From: Candidatus Obscuribacteraceae bacterium
GTDB lineage: Bacteria > Cyanobacteriota > Vampirovibrionia > Obscuribacterales > Obscuribacteraceae
Length of the DNA: 64,000 bases
Reading direction: 5' to 3'
Assembly: GCA_044229845.1 (NCBI GenBank)
Contig: JBGASG010000002.1
Span: forward strand, 352,001 to 416,000
The first letter of the stretch is position 1; each line of letters starts with the position of its first letter. Positions 1-9,155 of this stretch are shown in pieces. The notes under the pieces are model-generated. The model searched no databases and had not been told where the DNA came from. It was given only the letters and a program-made list of their open reading frames with translations. A program made the translations under genes and the position numbers.

Positions 1-1
1 C

Positions 2-283
2 ACATCCGACACCAAAATTCCGCTCACGGCGAAGCCAAACACCGAAAATGACAATGACGTGAACGGACTTCAACTGTCAAAGAACGGACACCAGGAGAGC
101 AATGGAGACCAGGAGAGCAATGGAGACCAGGAAAGCAATGGTCGTGGTGACGCTCCTGAGTCGCCTGGCACCTCGCCCGAAGATTTGAGCGCGGCCACCG
201 GCGAAACAGCCGCATTCGATCCGCTTACCGATGAAGAGTTATTGAGAGGCGGATTGATTACCGATAGCGGTTCGGACGACTGA
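2..283 (+). CDS. 3' end of a hypothetical protein (acidic low-complexity tail), truncated by window start
   Basis: Frame is open from position 2 (TSDTKIPLTAKPNTENDNDVNG...) to TGA at 281-283; converges on the stop of the caspase-TPR gene. Confidence 0.55.
   Translation, partial: TSDTKIPLTAKPNTENDNDVNGLQLSKNGHQESNGDQESNGDQESNGRGDAPESPGTSPEDLSAATGETAAFDPLTDEELLRGGLITDSGSDD
91..144 (+). repeat. 18-bp in-frame tandem repeat x3 (QESNGD)
   Basis: CCAGGAGAGCAATGGAGA at 91 and 109, variant at 127. Confidence 0.85.
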
Positions 284-299
284 GGCAGCGGTTCGGTGC

Positions 300-2891
300 T
301 TACTGGGCGAAGCGCTCGAAGGCAGCTTTGATCTCAGGATTCTTGGGGTTCTGCTCGTAGGCTGTGCGCAATTCTTTCTCGCCAGGCTTGCGTTGATTGA
401 ATTTCTCGATCAGCAACATGCCGAGTCGGTAATGCGCTTCTGAATCGCCGATGTCCAGGTCAATAGCCTTGCGGTATTCTGCTTCTGCTTCCTTGAACTT
501 CTTGTAAAACTCGGCTTGCATATAGCCCAGTCGAGTGTGATAGATCGCCGTGTTGGGTGAGAGATTCGCGGCAGCCTGGAACTGTTCCATCACCGCATCT
601 GGTGCTCGTTTCTTCACGTCTTCAAGCATGAGCATGCCTAGGTGATAGTGAGGCTCGGCGGCCTTCGGATCGGACTTGATTGCGGCCTCGAATGCTTTCC
701 GGGCCTCGTCATGGCGACCGAGATTGACGTCCAGCACGGTTCCCATCAGGTCTTGCGCTTTGCAGAATGACGGTTTGAGGGCCAGTGCTTTACCGATTTC
801 AACGAGTGCACTGTTGTAGTTTTTGTACAGCTGAACTTGGATTTGCGCCAGCCCGAGATACGCATCGGCGTTCTTGGGGTTTTTGGCGAGCGCTTTTCGA
901 TATTGATCGTCAGCCTCGTCGAACACACGTTTTTTGACGAGCAAGTCACCGAACAATACCCGCGCCTCATCCAGGTCCGGTTCAAGCTTAATAGCGGTGC
1001 GGTATTCTTTTTCCGCTTCTTCAGTTTGTCCGCGCGAGTCAGCCAGGAACCGAGCATACACAAAATGTGGATACCCGAGGGTGGTCGAGTCTTGCTGCTG
1101 CAGAGCCTTTTGATATTCGCTGTCGGCTTCGGGCAGGCGATTTTTGTCACCCGATTGGCTGATGATGTTGGCCAACTCGCTGTTCAGCAATGGATTGTGT
1201 GGATAGATCGCGATCGCTTTGCGAATTTCCTGTTCGGCTCCTTTGTAATCCTTTTTCTGCGCAGCCATCCATTTGGCCAGTTCCCAGCGGGCTTCCCAGT
1301 TGTCATCATTGGCTGCAATAGCCTTCCGATAGTACTGATCGATGGTGTCTAATTCCCGATTTTGATCCTTCAAGAGCCTCGCCAGAGTCACCAACGCGGT
1401 GTCGTTGAGTGAATCTAGTTCGAGAGCTTGTCGATATTCTTGCTCGGCGAGGTCGACTTTGCCATTGGCAATCTGGTTGATGTAACCGTTCCAGTAATGA
1501 GCCTGAGAATTCTCAGGATCCAGCGAGATTGCGGTCTTGGCTTCGCCGAGCGCATACTCCATTTGGTTCTGGCGGAAGTAAGCACGGGCCAATCGAACGT
1601 GAGTTTTAGCTTCCTCTCCGCCATTCTTGACGGCGTTACGTGCTGATGCGAGCGCGGAACCATAATCATGGCTGGCGTCGTAGACGTCGGCTTGTGCTAT
1701 GTAACCCTCAATGTTTAGCGGGTTCATGGCGACGGCTTCGCGCAATTCTTTAATGGCGCGATCGAGTTTATGGTCGAGAATCAACTGGTTCGCGGTGCGC
1801 ATCTTATCGCCATATCCCGCCAGGTCTGCCGGTCGTTTGTTACCGGCGGTGATGGTCGGCTCGGCATACGGCGATTCGCGGTTTTCGGTAGATGGAATCG
1901 AAAGGCTGAGGTGCTCGGCCGTTCCACCTTGCATTTGCGGTGTCTGCATCTCGCCTTTGTCGTGTAGGACATTGCTCTGCACTCGCGACTTCATTTGATT
2001 GAAGGCGTCGGAGACATTTGGCTTCGTGGGCGAACTCAGAGTATCAATGAAGTAGCGCGTAAAATAGCTGTTGTGCAGCTGATCCGACTCCCACGATCGT
2101 TCATTTGCCGAACTGGAAGTGATCAAAACACTGCCGCCCGCGCTCTTGGACAATGCCGCGGCATTGATGCCTGTGCGTTGCAAACCCTTATGGGCTTCGG
2201 CACCGGCACCGCTGTAGCATGTATCTAAAACGATTACCTTCTGTCCATGGACACGCCCCTTCACCGAAGACATCAAAAGCTTCAGGTTGACGCCGGTGGA
2301 GTTGGGTTTCTTCAAGTTGGTATCGTAGGCGATAACGTAGTTGATGCCCTGAACGTCGGCACCGGCAGGCGAACCGTGCGTGGACAAGAAGAACACGACC
2401 AGATCATTGTCCATCGCAGCGTGAGGCAAAAATGTGTCCCCGACGCTGTCCTCGATATTGAGTTTGGTGGCATCTTCGTTGATCAGCAGTTTGACGTGGT
2501 CAGGTTTAAACCCACCCTTTGCTGGATCAATCAGATAGTCGTAGAAATCTTTGGCGTCCTTGGCTGCATATTTGAGCGGAGGAATCGATCCGTCGGCGAA
2601 CTGGCTGACGCCGATGACCACCGCCCATTTGTCGCCAACTGTAGTAAGTCCAAATTGTTTGGAGCCTGGCTTCACTCCCGCCCGCGGCAGATTTACCTGC
2701 TTGGCGCCCGTAGGTGCTGCTTTTGCCGCCGCAGTCCGAGCTGGAGCTGGAGCCGCCGGTGCGGCGGTTGCGGGCAACATAGCAGGACAAGCGGTCGACA
2801 TGGCAATCACCGCCGACATTGAACCGGCAACCCTGGAGCGCCAACGGCGATCCAGACAAACCCGGACAATCCACCCAACCATAGCCGTCAT
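300..2891 (-). CDS. Caspase-like (peptidase C14) domain plus long TPR array, probably exported
   Basis: KWAVVIGVSQF...LKYAAKDAKDF, His-Gly motif STHG and Cys motif LDTCYSG, followed by many TPR-like helices; hydrophobic and Ala/Pro-rich N-terminus; start uncertain (2891 or 2882; ORF track extends to 3068). Confidence 0.85.
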   Translation of the reverse strand: MTAMVGWIVRVCLDRRWRSRVAGSMSAVIAMSTACPAMLPATAAPAAPAPARTAAAKAAPTGAKQVNLPRAGVKPGSKQFGLTTVGDKWAVVIGVSQFADGSIPPLKYAAKDAKDFYDYLIDPAKGGFKPDHVKLLINEDATKLNIEDSVGDTFLPHAAMDNDLVVFFLSTHGSPAGADVQGINYVIAYDTNLKKPNSTGVNLKLLMSSVKGRVHGQKVIVLDTCYSGAGAEAHKGLQRTGINAAALSKSAGGSVLITSSSANERSWESDQLHNSYFTRYFIDTLSSPTKPNVSDAFNQMKSRVQSNVLHDKGEMQTPQMQGGTAEHLSLSIPSTENRESPYAEPTITAGNKRPADLAGYGDKMRTANQLILDHKLDRAIKELREAVAMNPLNIEGYIAQADVYDASHDYGSALASARNAVKNGGEEAKTHVRLARAYFRQNQMEYALGEAKTAISLDPENSQAHYWNGYINQIANGKVDLAEQEYRQALELDSLNDTALVTLARLLKDQNRELDTIDQYYRKAIAANDDNWEARWELAKWMAAQKKDYKGAEQEIRKAIAIYPHNPLLNSELANIISQSGDKNRLPEADSEYQKALQQQDSTTLGYPHFVYARFLADSRGQTEEAEKEYRTAIKLEPDLDEARVLFGDLLVKKRVFDEADDQYRKALAKNPKNADAYLGLAQIQVQLYKNYNSALVEIGKALALKPSFCKAQDLMGTVLDVNLGRHDEARKAFEAAIKSDPKAAEPHYHLGMLMLEDVKKRAPDAVMEQFQAAANLSPNTAIYHTRLGYMQAEFYKKFKEAEAEYRKAIDLDIGDSEAHYRLGMLLIEKFNQRKPGEKELRTAYEQNPKNPEIKAAFERFAQ

Positions 2892-3211
2892 GGCAACGAA
2901 CCTCCTACATCGGTCCCTTCTAGCTTCCAGTGATCCTGTGAAAAGTACGGACTCGTAAGTGAAATTAGGAAGACCATCTTCTAGATGCGAACTTACCCAT
3001 TCTTGGTAAGTGCTAAAACCAGACGCAGCTAGAGTTTGTGGACCTGAGCCGTCGCTTTGATACCACATGCGGTATTAAAACACCCCGGCTTGCTCGCGGA
3101 AGCGGCTCTGGCTGACGATGCTACCTATTGTGAATCAATCGAAAACGCAAAATGCAAAATTTGCACTTTTCTATCCCAAGCCCGAAAACGTACAGTCCAT
3201 GGGAAATACCC

Positions 3212-3225
3212 AAGTGATATCACTT
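3212..3225. promoter_or_regulatory. Palindromic intergenic motif AAGTGATATCACTT (single copy)
   Basis: Perfect 14-bp palindrome between the divergent caspase-TPR and PAS genes; member of the window-wide family. Confidence 0.7.
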
Positions 3226-3382
3226 ACACTTTTTCCTTTGGGCAGGGTGCTTTATTAGGATTAAATTGAATTGTCAAGAATTAGCCAAAAACAGATGGTA
3301 TTCTTTTCGGACGTTGGCAGATCGGCCCGCGTTCTTTAGAACGGCACGCAGGCGCGCGCCTTGGAGCAAGGTCGCTAGATTA

Positions 3383-4540
3383 ATGGACACACATCAACTC
3401 GGTTTCCAAGCGGGACAAGCCCTGGATGGCTATTTGAGTCGACTGCTCGACTCAAATGTTATCGGAATGATTTGCAGTGATATCTATGGACGCGTCTACG
3501 ATGCCAACGACGCGTTCCTAAATCTGGTTGGATACAGCCGCCAGGACATGCAGAACGGATTGTTACGGTGGGACAGAATCACTGCTCCGGAGTTTCTTGA
3601 AGCAAATGCAGCCGCGGTTGAGCAGCTCAAGCTGACCGGGCACATGCAACCGTTTCAGAAAGAGTACTTTCATAAGGACGGACATCGAGTGCCGGTGACC
3701 GTTGGTGCGATGACTCTGGATGGAGCCGGTCATTGCCTGGCTTATATCGTCGATCACAGCGATCATAAAGAAGTACTGCGCCTTTTGAACGAGAGCCAGG
3801 AGAAGTTTCGCATGTTGACGGAAGCGATTCCTACCATGGTCTGGACCGCCGGCAATGGTGGACAGGTCGACTACGCAAACAAGCGGTTTCTTGAATACAG
3901 CGGGATTAGGGCAACGGACGACAACGGGTTTTCCTGGCAACAGGTTGTGCACCCGGAGGATCTTCCGCTGCTCCTGCGGCGCGGCGAAGAAGCAGCTCTC
4001 GCCGGCAGCAAATTCGAAGTGGAAGCTCGCTACCGCAGCCGCAGCGGAGAGTACCGCTGGCAGTTGATTCGTGCGCAGCCAATGACGATGTCGGATGGCG
4101 TGGTTAAGTGGTTCGGCACCAGTACCGACATAGATGATCAAAAGCGTGTCGAAGCTGAATTGCGGCAGGCGGAGGCACGCTTGCGAGGGCTGGCGGAAGC
4201 GATTCCGCAGATTGTGTGGACTGCTCAGGCTGACGGTTCAATCACGTTTTTCAATCATCGCTGGTTTGAATACACCGGACTCTCGCTTGAGCAGAGCCTT
4301 TCCGGCGGATGGAATTTGTTGATCCACCCTGAGGATGCAAAAGGTTATCTCGATGAATGGGCTCGGGCTGTAGCTACAGGCGATTCGTTCGAATACAAAT
4401 TTCGCCTCAAGCGGGCGGTTGGTGTGAAAGCTCAAAACGGATATCGCAGTCATCTCTGTCGCGCCGTAGCGGTTCACGACGCAAACGACGCCGTCATCGA
4501 GTGGTTCGGCACCTGGACCGACATTCAAGGCGACAGTTAG
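3383..4540 (+). CDS. PAS-domain protein (3 PAS/PAC, no output domain), paralog 1
   Basis: DANDAFLNLVGYS, VHPEDL, WFGTSTDIDD, FFNHRWFEYTG and WFGTWTDIQ motifs; start set at ATG 3383 by alignment to the paralogs. Confidence 0.88.
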   Translation: MDTHQLGFQAGQALDGYLSRLLDSNVIGMICSDIYGRVYDANDAFLNLVGYSRQDMQNGLLRWDRITAPEFLEANAAAVEQLKLTGHMQPFQKEYFHKDGHRVPVTVGAMTLDGAGHCLAYIVDHSDHKEVLRLLNESQEKFRMLTEAIPTMVWTAGNGGQVDYANKRFLEYSGIRATDDNGFSWQQVVHPEDLPLLLRRGEEAALAGSKFEVEARYRSRSGEYRWQLIRAQPMTMSDGVVKWFGTSTDIDDQKRVEAELRQAEARLRGLAEAIPQIVWTAQADGSITFFNHRWFEYTGLSLEQSLSGGWNLLIHPEDAKGYLDEWARAVATGDSFEYKFRLKRAVGVKAQNGYRSHLCRAVAVHDANDAVIEWFGTWTDIQGDS

Positions 4541-4783
4541 TCTGGCACTGCGACAATCTGTACTGCAACAATCCTCATTCGCCGCTAGTCGAAAGACAGA
4601 CCGCTGAGAATGAGATGTACGCAGGATCCGAGAGACATAGTGGTTAAAACGATTGTCAAGTTGCGGCGAGCAGTCCGTGCTATTCTTCTGCGGCGTGACG
4701 GTGAACACGCGCGAAATCCCCAGGAAGTTCGCGCTTCTCGCGCGCTTGCGTTTTGCGGAACTCAGGTGCGGTATTGGTATTTC

Positions 4784-5947
4784 ATGGACAGGCAACAAAT
4801 TGATGCCAAAACCGAATACAACCTCGACGAATACTTGAATCGTCTGTTGCACTCTAACGTGCTCGGCATCCTTCGTTGCGATGTCTACGGCAACATCTTC
4901 GATGCCAACGATGCGTTTCTGGAAATCATCGGGTACTCGCGCGATGAGATGAACAGAGGCGAGGTGAAGTGGACCGAGATCACTCCGCCCGAGCACCGAG
5001 CCGTCGATGAGCAGGCCATTCAACAGTTGAGAGAAACCGGTCATGCGCTGCCGTTTCAGAAAGAGTATTTGAACAAACGCGGGCAACGCGTGCCGGTTAC
5101 GATCGGAGTGACGGCGCTCGATGGCGAGGGCGCACACTGCCTTGCATACGTGATCGACCACTCCGAACATCGTGCGGTCCAGACACGACTGGCCGACAGC
5201 GAACAGCAATTCAAGCTGCTGGCGGAAACCATTCCGCAACTGGTGTTTGCAGCCGCTCCGGGCGGCAAGACGTTTTACGCCTATCACAGATACATTGAAT
5301 TCACCGGCGTCGACCCGATGGGCAATGACGGCTATGCGTGGAGAGAATTTGTCCATCCGGATGACTTGCCACACATCATGGCAGAAGGTGAACTGGCACT
5401 ATCTAGAGATCAGCCAATGGAAATGGAAGCGCGCTTCCGCACCAGAGAAGGACAGTATCGCTGGCAGTTGATCCGCGGTATCAAGATGGTAATGGCTGAC
5501 GGTTCCATCAGATGGTTTGGCACCTGCACCGACATCGACGATCAAAAGCGCACCGAGAACGAGCTGCGCGAAGCGGTATCACGTTTTCGCACTCTGGCGG
5601 AAGCGATACCACAAATTGTTTGGGCAGCAAAGCCAAATGGCGACATCAACTTTTTCAATCATCGCTGGTTCGAGTACACGGGATTGTCGCTTGAGCAGAG
5701 CCTGGACGGTGGTTGGCAATTGCTGATTCATCCTGAAGATGTAGATCAGTACATGTCAGACTGGCATAAAGCACTGGAAACAGGCGATACTTTCGAGTGC
5801 AAATTTCGTCTGAAGCGGGCCGTCGGTGTGCGCGCGAAAGGCGGCGGTTATCGCGAACAGCTCTGCCGGGCAGTCGCGGTGCAGAGCTCCAGCGGCAAGA
5901 TTATCGAATGGTGCGGAACCTGGACCGACATCCAGGACCAGGAATAG
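4784..5947 (+). CDS. PAS-domain protein (3 PAS/PAC, no output domain), paralog 2
   Basis: Colinear with paralog 1 over full length; ends WCGTWTDIQDQE; start at ATG 4784 by alignment. Confidence 0.88.
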   Translation: MDRQQIDAKTEYNLDEYLNRLLHSNVLGILRCDVYGNIFDANDAFLEIIGYSRDEMNRGEVKWTEITPPEHRAVDEQAIQQLRETGHALPFQKEYLNKRGQRVPVTIGVTALDGEGAHCLAYVIDHSEHRAVQTRLADSEQQFKLLAETIPQLVFAAAPGGKTFYAYHRYIEFTGVDPMGNDGYAWREFVHPDDLPHIMAEGELALSRDQPMEMEARFRTREGQYRWQLIRGIKMVMADGSIRWFGTCTDIDDQKRTENELREAVSRFRTLAEAIPQIVWAAKPNGDINFFNHRWFEYTGLSLEQSLDGGWQLLIHPEDVDQYMSDWHKALETGDTFECKFRLKRAVGVRAKGGGYREQLCRAVAVQSSSGKIIEWCGTWTDIQDQE

Positions 5948-5977
5948 ACCGATAGACCGGAAACAGGTGGACTGGCG

Positions 5978-7138
5978 ATGCAAAGACGCGATTCAAAATC
6001 GCAGCCTCAATATAGTCTCGACGAATATTTAAGTCGACTACTGCACTCAAACGTAATCGGCATCGTCAGTAGTGACATCTTCGGACATGTGTACGATGCG
6101 AATGAAGCGTACTTGAAGATCATCGGCTACACGCGACAGGAGTTGCAGGACGGCGCGATTCGCTGGGACGCTCTGACGCCGCCGGAGTTTCATGAATGCA
6201 GTCAGATGGCAGTTGAGCAGTTGAAACACAAAGGATTCGCACTGCCTTTTCAAAAGGAATACATCCATAAACTGGGACACCGGGTGCCGGTGACGGTGGG
6301 CATGACCGCGCTAGATCCGGCCGGGCATCACTGTCTCGGATATGTCATCGATCACTCCGAACACCGCCAGGTGCAAAATCGTTTGCGCGATTCGGAGCAG
6401 AAGTTTCAGATGCTGACCGAAGCGATTCCACAACTGGTATGGACGGCCGGCGACTTCGGCAAGTGTGAGTACGGAAACAAGCGTTACCTCGAGTACACAG
6501 GCATCGATCCGACAGCCGACGAAGGACTGGCGTGGAAGAGATTTGTGCATCCGGATGATCTGCCTTATCTGGAAGAACGCGCGGATGCTTCACCGAACGA
6601 GAACACCTTTGAGGGCGAAATGCGCTTCCGAACCACCGATGGTGCCTACCGGTGGCAACTGGTGCGCGGCGAGAAATTTCGCATGACCGACGGCAGTCTC
6701 AAATGGATAGGCACTTGCACCGACATCGAAGATCAAAAACGCATCGAAGGCAGTTTGCTGGAGGCGATGGCGCGTTTCAGCACGCTCGCTGAAGCGATTC
6801 CGCAGATTGTCTGGACCGCCGGCAGCGACGGCCGAATTTCGTTCTTCAATCAACGCTTCTATGAGTACAGCGGTCTATCCGCGGAACAGAGCCTGGCGGG
6901 CGGCTGGCGCCTTTTGATTCACAAGGACGATTTAAAAGATTACTTCGCCGGCTGGGAGAAAGCTCTGGAAAGCGGCGATACTTTCGAGTGCCGGTTTCGG
7001 TTGAAGCGGGCGGTTGGCGTCCGGGCCGCCGGTGATGGTTATCGCTGGCATCTCTGCCGCGCGGTGGCATCACAGCATCCGCTCGGCACCATCAATGAAT
7101 GGTTCGGCACCTGGACAGATATTCAGGATCAGGATTAG
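5978..7138 (+). CDS. PAS-domain protein (3 PAS/PAC, no output domain), paralog 3
   Basis: Colinear with paralogs 1 and 2; ends WFGTWTDIQDQD. Confidence 0.88.
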   Translation: MQRRDSKSQPQYSLDEYLSRLLHSNVIGIVSSDIFGHVYDANEAYLKIIGYTRQELQDGAIRWDALTPPEFHECSQMAVEQLKHKGFALPFQKEYIHKLGHRVPVTVGMTALDPAGHHCLGYVIDHSEHRQVQNRLRDSEQKFQMLTEAIPQLVWTAGDFGKCEYGNKRYLEYTGIDPTADEGLAWKRFVHPDDLPYLEERADASPNENTFEGEMRFRTTDGAYRWQLVRGEKFRMTDGSLKWIGTCTDIEDQKRIEGSLLEAMARFSTLAEAIPQIVWTAGSDGRISFFNQRFYEYSGLSAEQSLAGGWRLLIHKDDLKDYFAGWEKALESGDTFECRFRLKRAVGVRAAGDGYRWHLCRAVASQHPLGTINEWFGTWTDIQDQD

Positions 7139-8955
7139 TCAGCTGACGGATCGCGAAACTGTTTCTTATAGAGAGCCGCATAAGCGGCACCGCGTTGCAG
7201 AAGCTCGGCGTGAGTTCCCTGCTCCACGACCTTTCCTTTATCGACCACGAAAATCACGTCCGCCGAGAGCACGGTCGACAGCCGGTGCGCAATCACCAGC
7301 GAAGTGCGTCCCACCATGAGCGGAACCAGAGCCTCCTGAATCAGCATTTCGTTATGCGAGTCGAGCGAACTGGTTGCTTCATCGAGGATGAGAATCTTGG
7401 GATTCTTGAGAAGCACGCGCGCGATGGCAATGCGCTGCCGTTCGCCGCCGCTCAGTTTGTGCCCGCGCTCGCCGACCACGGTATCATAGCCTTCCGGCAG
7501 CGAGGTAATGAACTCGTGGATGTTGGCCGCGCGCGCCGCCCACTCGACTTCCTCGTTGGTGGCGTCGATTCTCCCGTATCGCAGATTGTTGGCAATCGTG
7601 TCATGAAACAGATAAGTTTCTTGCATGACAATCCCGATATGGTCTCGCAATGACGTGAGCCTAACGTCACGCACATCGAAGTCGTCGACAGTCACGCGAC
7701 CTTCCTGAGGATCGTAAAACCGGGGCACCAGATTTGTAATTGTAGTTTTGCCGGCACCGGACTCGCCGACGAACGCGGCTACTTGCCCCGGCTTGATTGT
7801 GAACGAGACACCATCGAGCGCGACGCGTCCGTTAGGGTAGGCGAACTGCACCTCATCAAACCGCACTTCACCGGATATGGTGCCGAGTTCGACCGCCTCA
7901 GGTGAATCGGGAGCTTCTTCCTTCATGTCGAGATACTCGAAGATGCGCTCGAAGACGGCCAGCGCCCCGACCACCTGAATCTGCACTCCAGCCAGAGCTG
8001 ACACCGGCGTGTAGAGTCGGCTGATCAGGGCGACAAAAGAAACAACCGTGCCGATCGTAATCTGTTCGTGCACAGCCAACCAGCCCCCGTACAACCAGAT
8101 GGTGGCGGGTCCGATGGTTACCATGGCTGTGATAAACATAAGAAACCAGCGCCCGACCATGCCCAGGCGAATCTCCAGTTCCATAAGTTCGTTACTGGCT
8201 TTTTGAAACCGTTCCCGTTCGTACTTCTCTCGCACGAATGATTTGACCAGCGTGATGCCGGAAATCGAAAGCGTCTCCTGCATGAGACTGTGCACCTCAT
8301 CGGACTTCTCGCGCACGCCTTTTCTCAACGTGTACATGCGTCGCCCGATCGGCCAGAAAGGCAGCACCATAAGCGGTATCACAATCAAAGCCACCAGAGA
8401 CAACCGCCAATCGAGAAAAAAGATTGTCGCCAGCGTAGTGATAATGGTGACGATGTTGCTCAAGATCGATATCAGAGTGCCCGTGACCAAACCGTCGATG
8501 GAATCGACATCACTGGAGATGCGATTCAAAATCTCGCCGGTCTTGGTGCTGGTGAAGAAATCCAGGGGCATGCGATGGACACGCGCGATCAGCTCGGCCC
8601 TGATGTCGCGAATGATGCTCTCGCCGACGAACGCGTTCAAATAGCCCTGATAGACGCCCACCAGAGACGCCAGCAACGCCGATGCCACCATGCCACCAAC
8701 GCACAGACAGACCCCCGCGAAGTCCTTACCCGGAATCGCTTTGTCGATCAGCCACATCGTGCACAAGGGTGGCAACAGTCCCAGCGTCGACATAAGCAAT
8801 ACAGCCAGCGCAACCAGCGCTTCCTGCTTCCAATAGGGTGCAAACAGTCTGCCCAACCTGGCCCAATCGGTCGGACGTTTCACTTGGGGCCGATTGGGGT
8901 CGAACACATTCGACCACATCAAATGATATGGAGGTATTCCACTGCCGCTAAACAT
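7135..8955 (-). CDS. ABC transporter, fused permease/ATP-binding (MsbA/MdlB-like exporter)
   Basis: N-terminal TM segments; Walker A GESGAGKT, signature LSGGERQR, Walker B ILILDEAT, H-loop IAHRLST; start 8955 or 8964. Confidence 0.93.
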   Translation of the reverse strand: MFSGSGIPPYHLMWSNVFDPNRPQVKRPTDWARLGRLFAPYWKQEALVALAVLLMSTLGLLPPLCTMWLIDKAIPGKDFAGVCLCVGGMVASALLASLVGVYQGYLNAFVGESIIRDIRAELIARVHRMPLDFFTSTKTGEILNRISSDVDSIDGLVTGTLISILSNIVTIITTLATIFFLDWRLSLVALIVIPLMVLPFWPIGRRMYTLRKGVREKSDEVHSLMQETLSISGITLVKSFVREKYERERFQKASNELMELEIRLGMVGRWFLMFITAMVTIGPATIWLYGGWLAVHEQITIGTVVSFVALISRLYTPVSALAGVQIQVVGALAVFERIFEYLDMKEEAPDSPEAVELGTISGEVRFDEVQFAYPNGRVALDGVSFTIKPGQVAAFVGESGAGKTTITNLVPRFYDPQEGRVTVDDFDVRDVRLTSLRDHIGIVMQETYLFHDTIANNLRYGRIDATNEEVEWAARAANIHEFITSLPEGYDTVVGERGHKLSGGERQRIAIARVLLKNPKILILDEATSSLDSHNEMLIQEALVPLMVGRTSLVIAHRLSTVLSADVIFVVDKGKVVEQGTHAELLQRGAAYAALYKKQFRDPSAD

Positions 8956-9025
8956 GGCGGTCACCGGAACAGGTTGTTTCGTTCATAGCCTTGGTTTCAT
9001 GTACAGCTGTTTCATCCATGCAGCA

Positions 9026-9120
9026 AGATTGTAGCGAGATTGTAGCGGTCGGCACTCTTGCGTTACCGCTATTCCCGCTCTATTTCAGGCTATTTCCGCG
9101 CTATTTCCGCGCTATTTAGG
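9026..9120. repeat. Intergenic short tandem repeats (AGATTGTAGCG x2; CTATTTCCGCG-like x4-5)
   Basis: Visible directly between the ABC gene start and the stop at 9156. Confidence 0.7.
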
Positions 9121-9155
9121 CTCGGGACGCTATCAATTCAATTGCAAGGCGTTCA

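Noticed and set aside
4238..5374. 378-aa minus-strand ORF and other long antisense ORFs (e.g. 27810-28850, 28899-29945, 43466-44368)
   Set aside because: Shadow ORFs opposite well-supported genes in high-GC DNA, with no motifs
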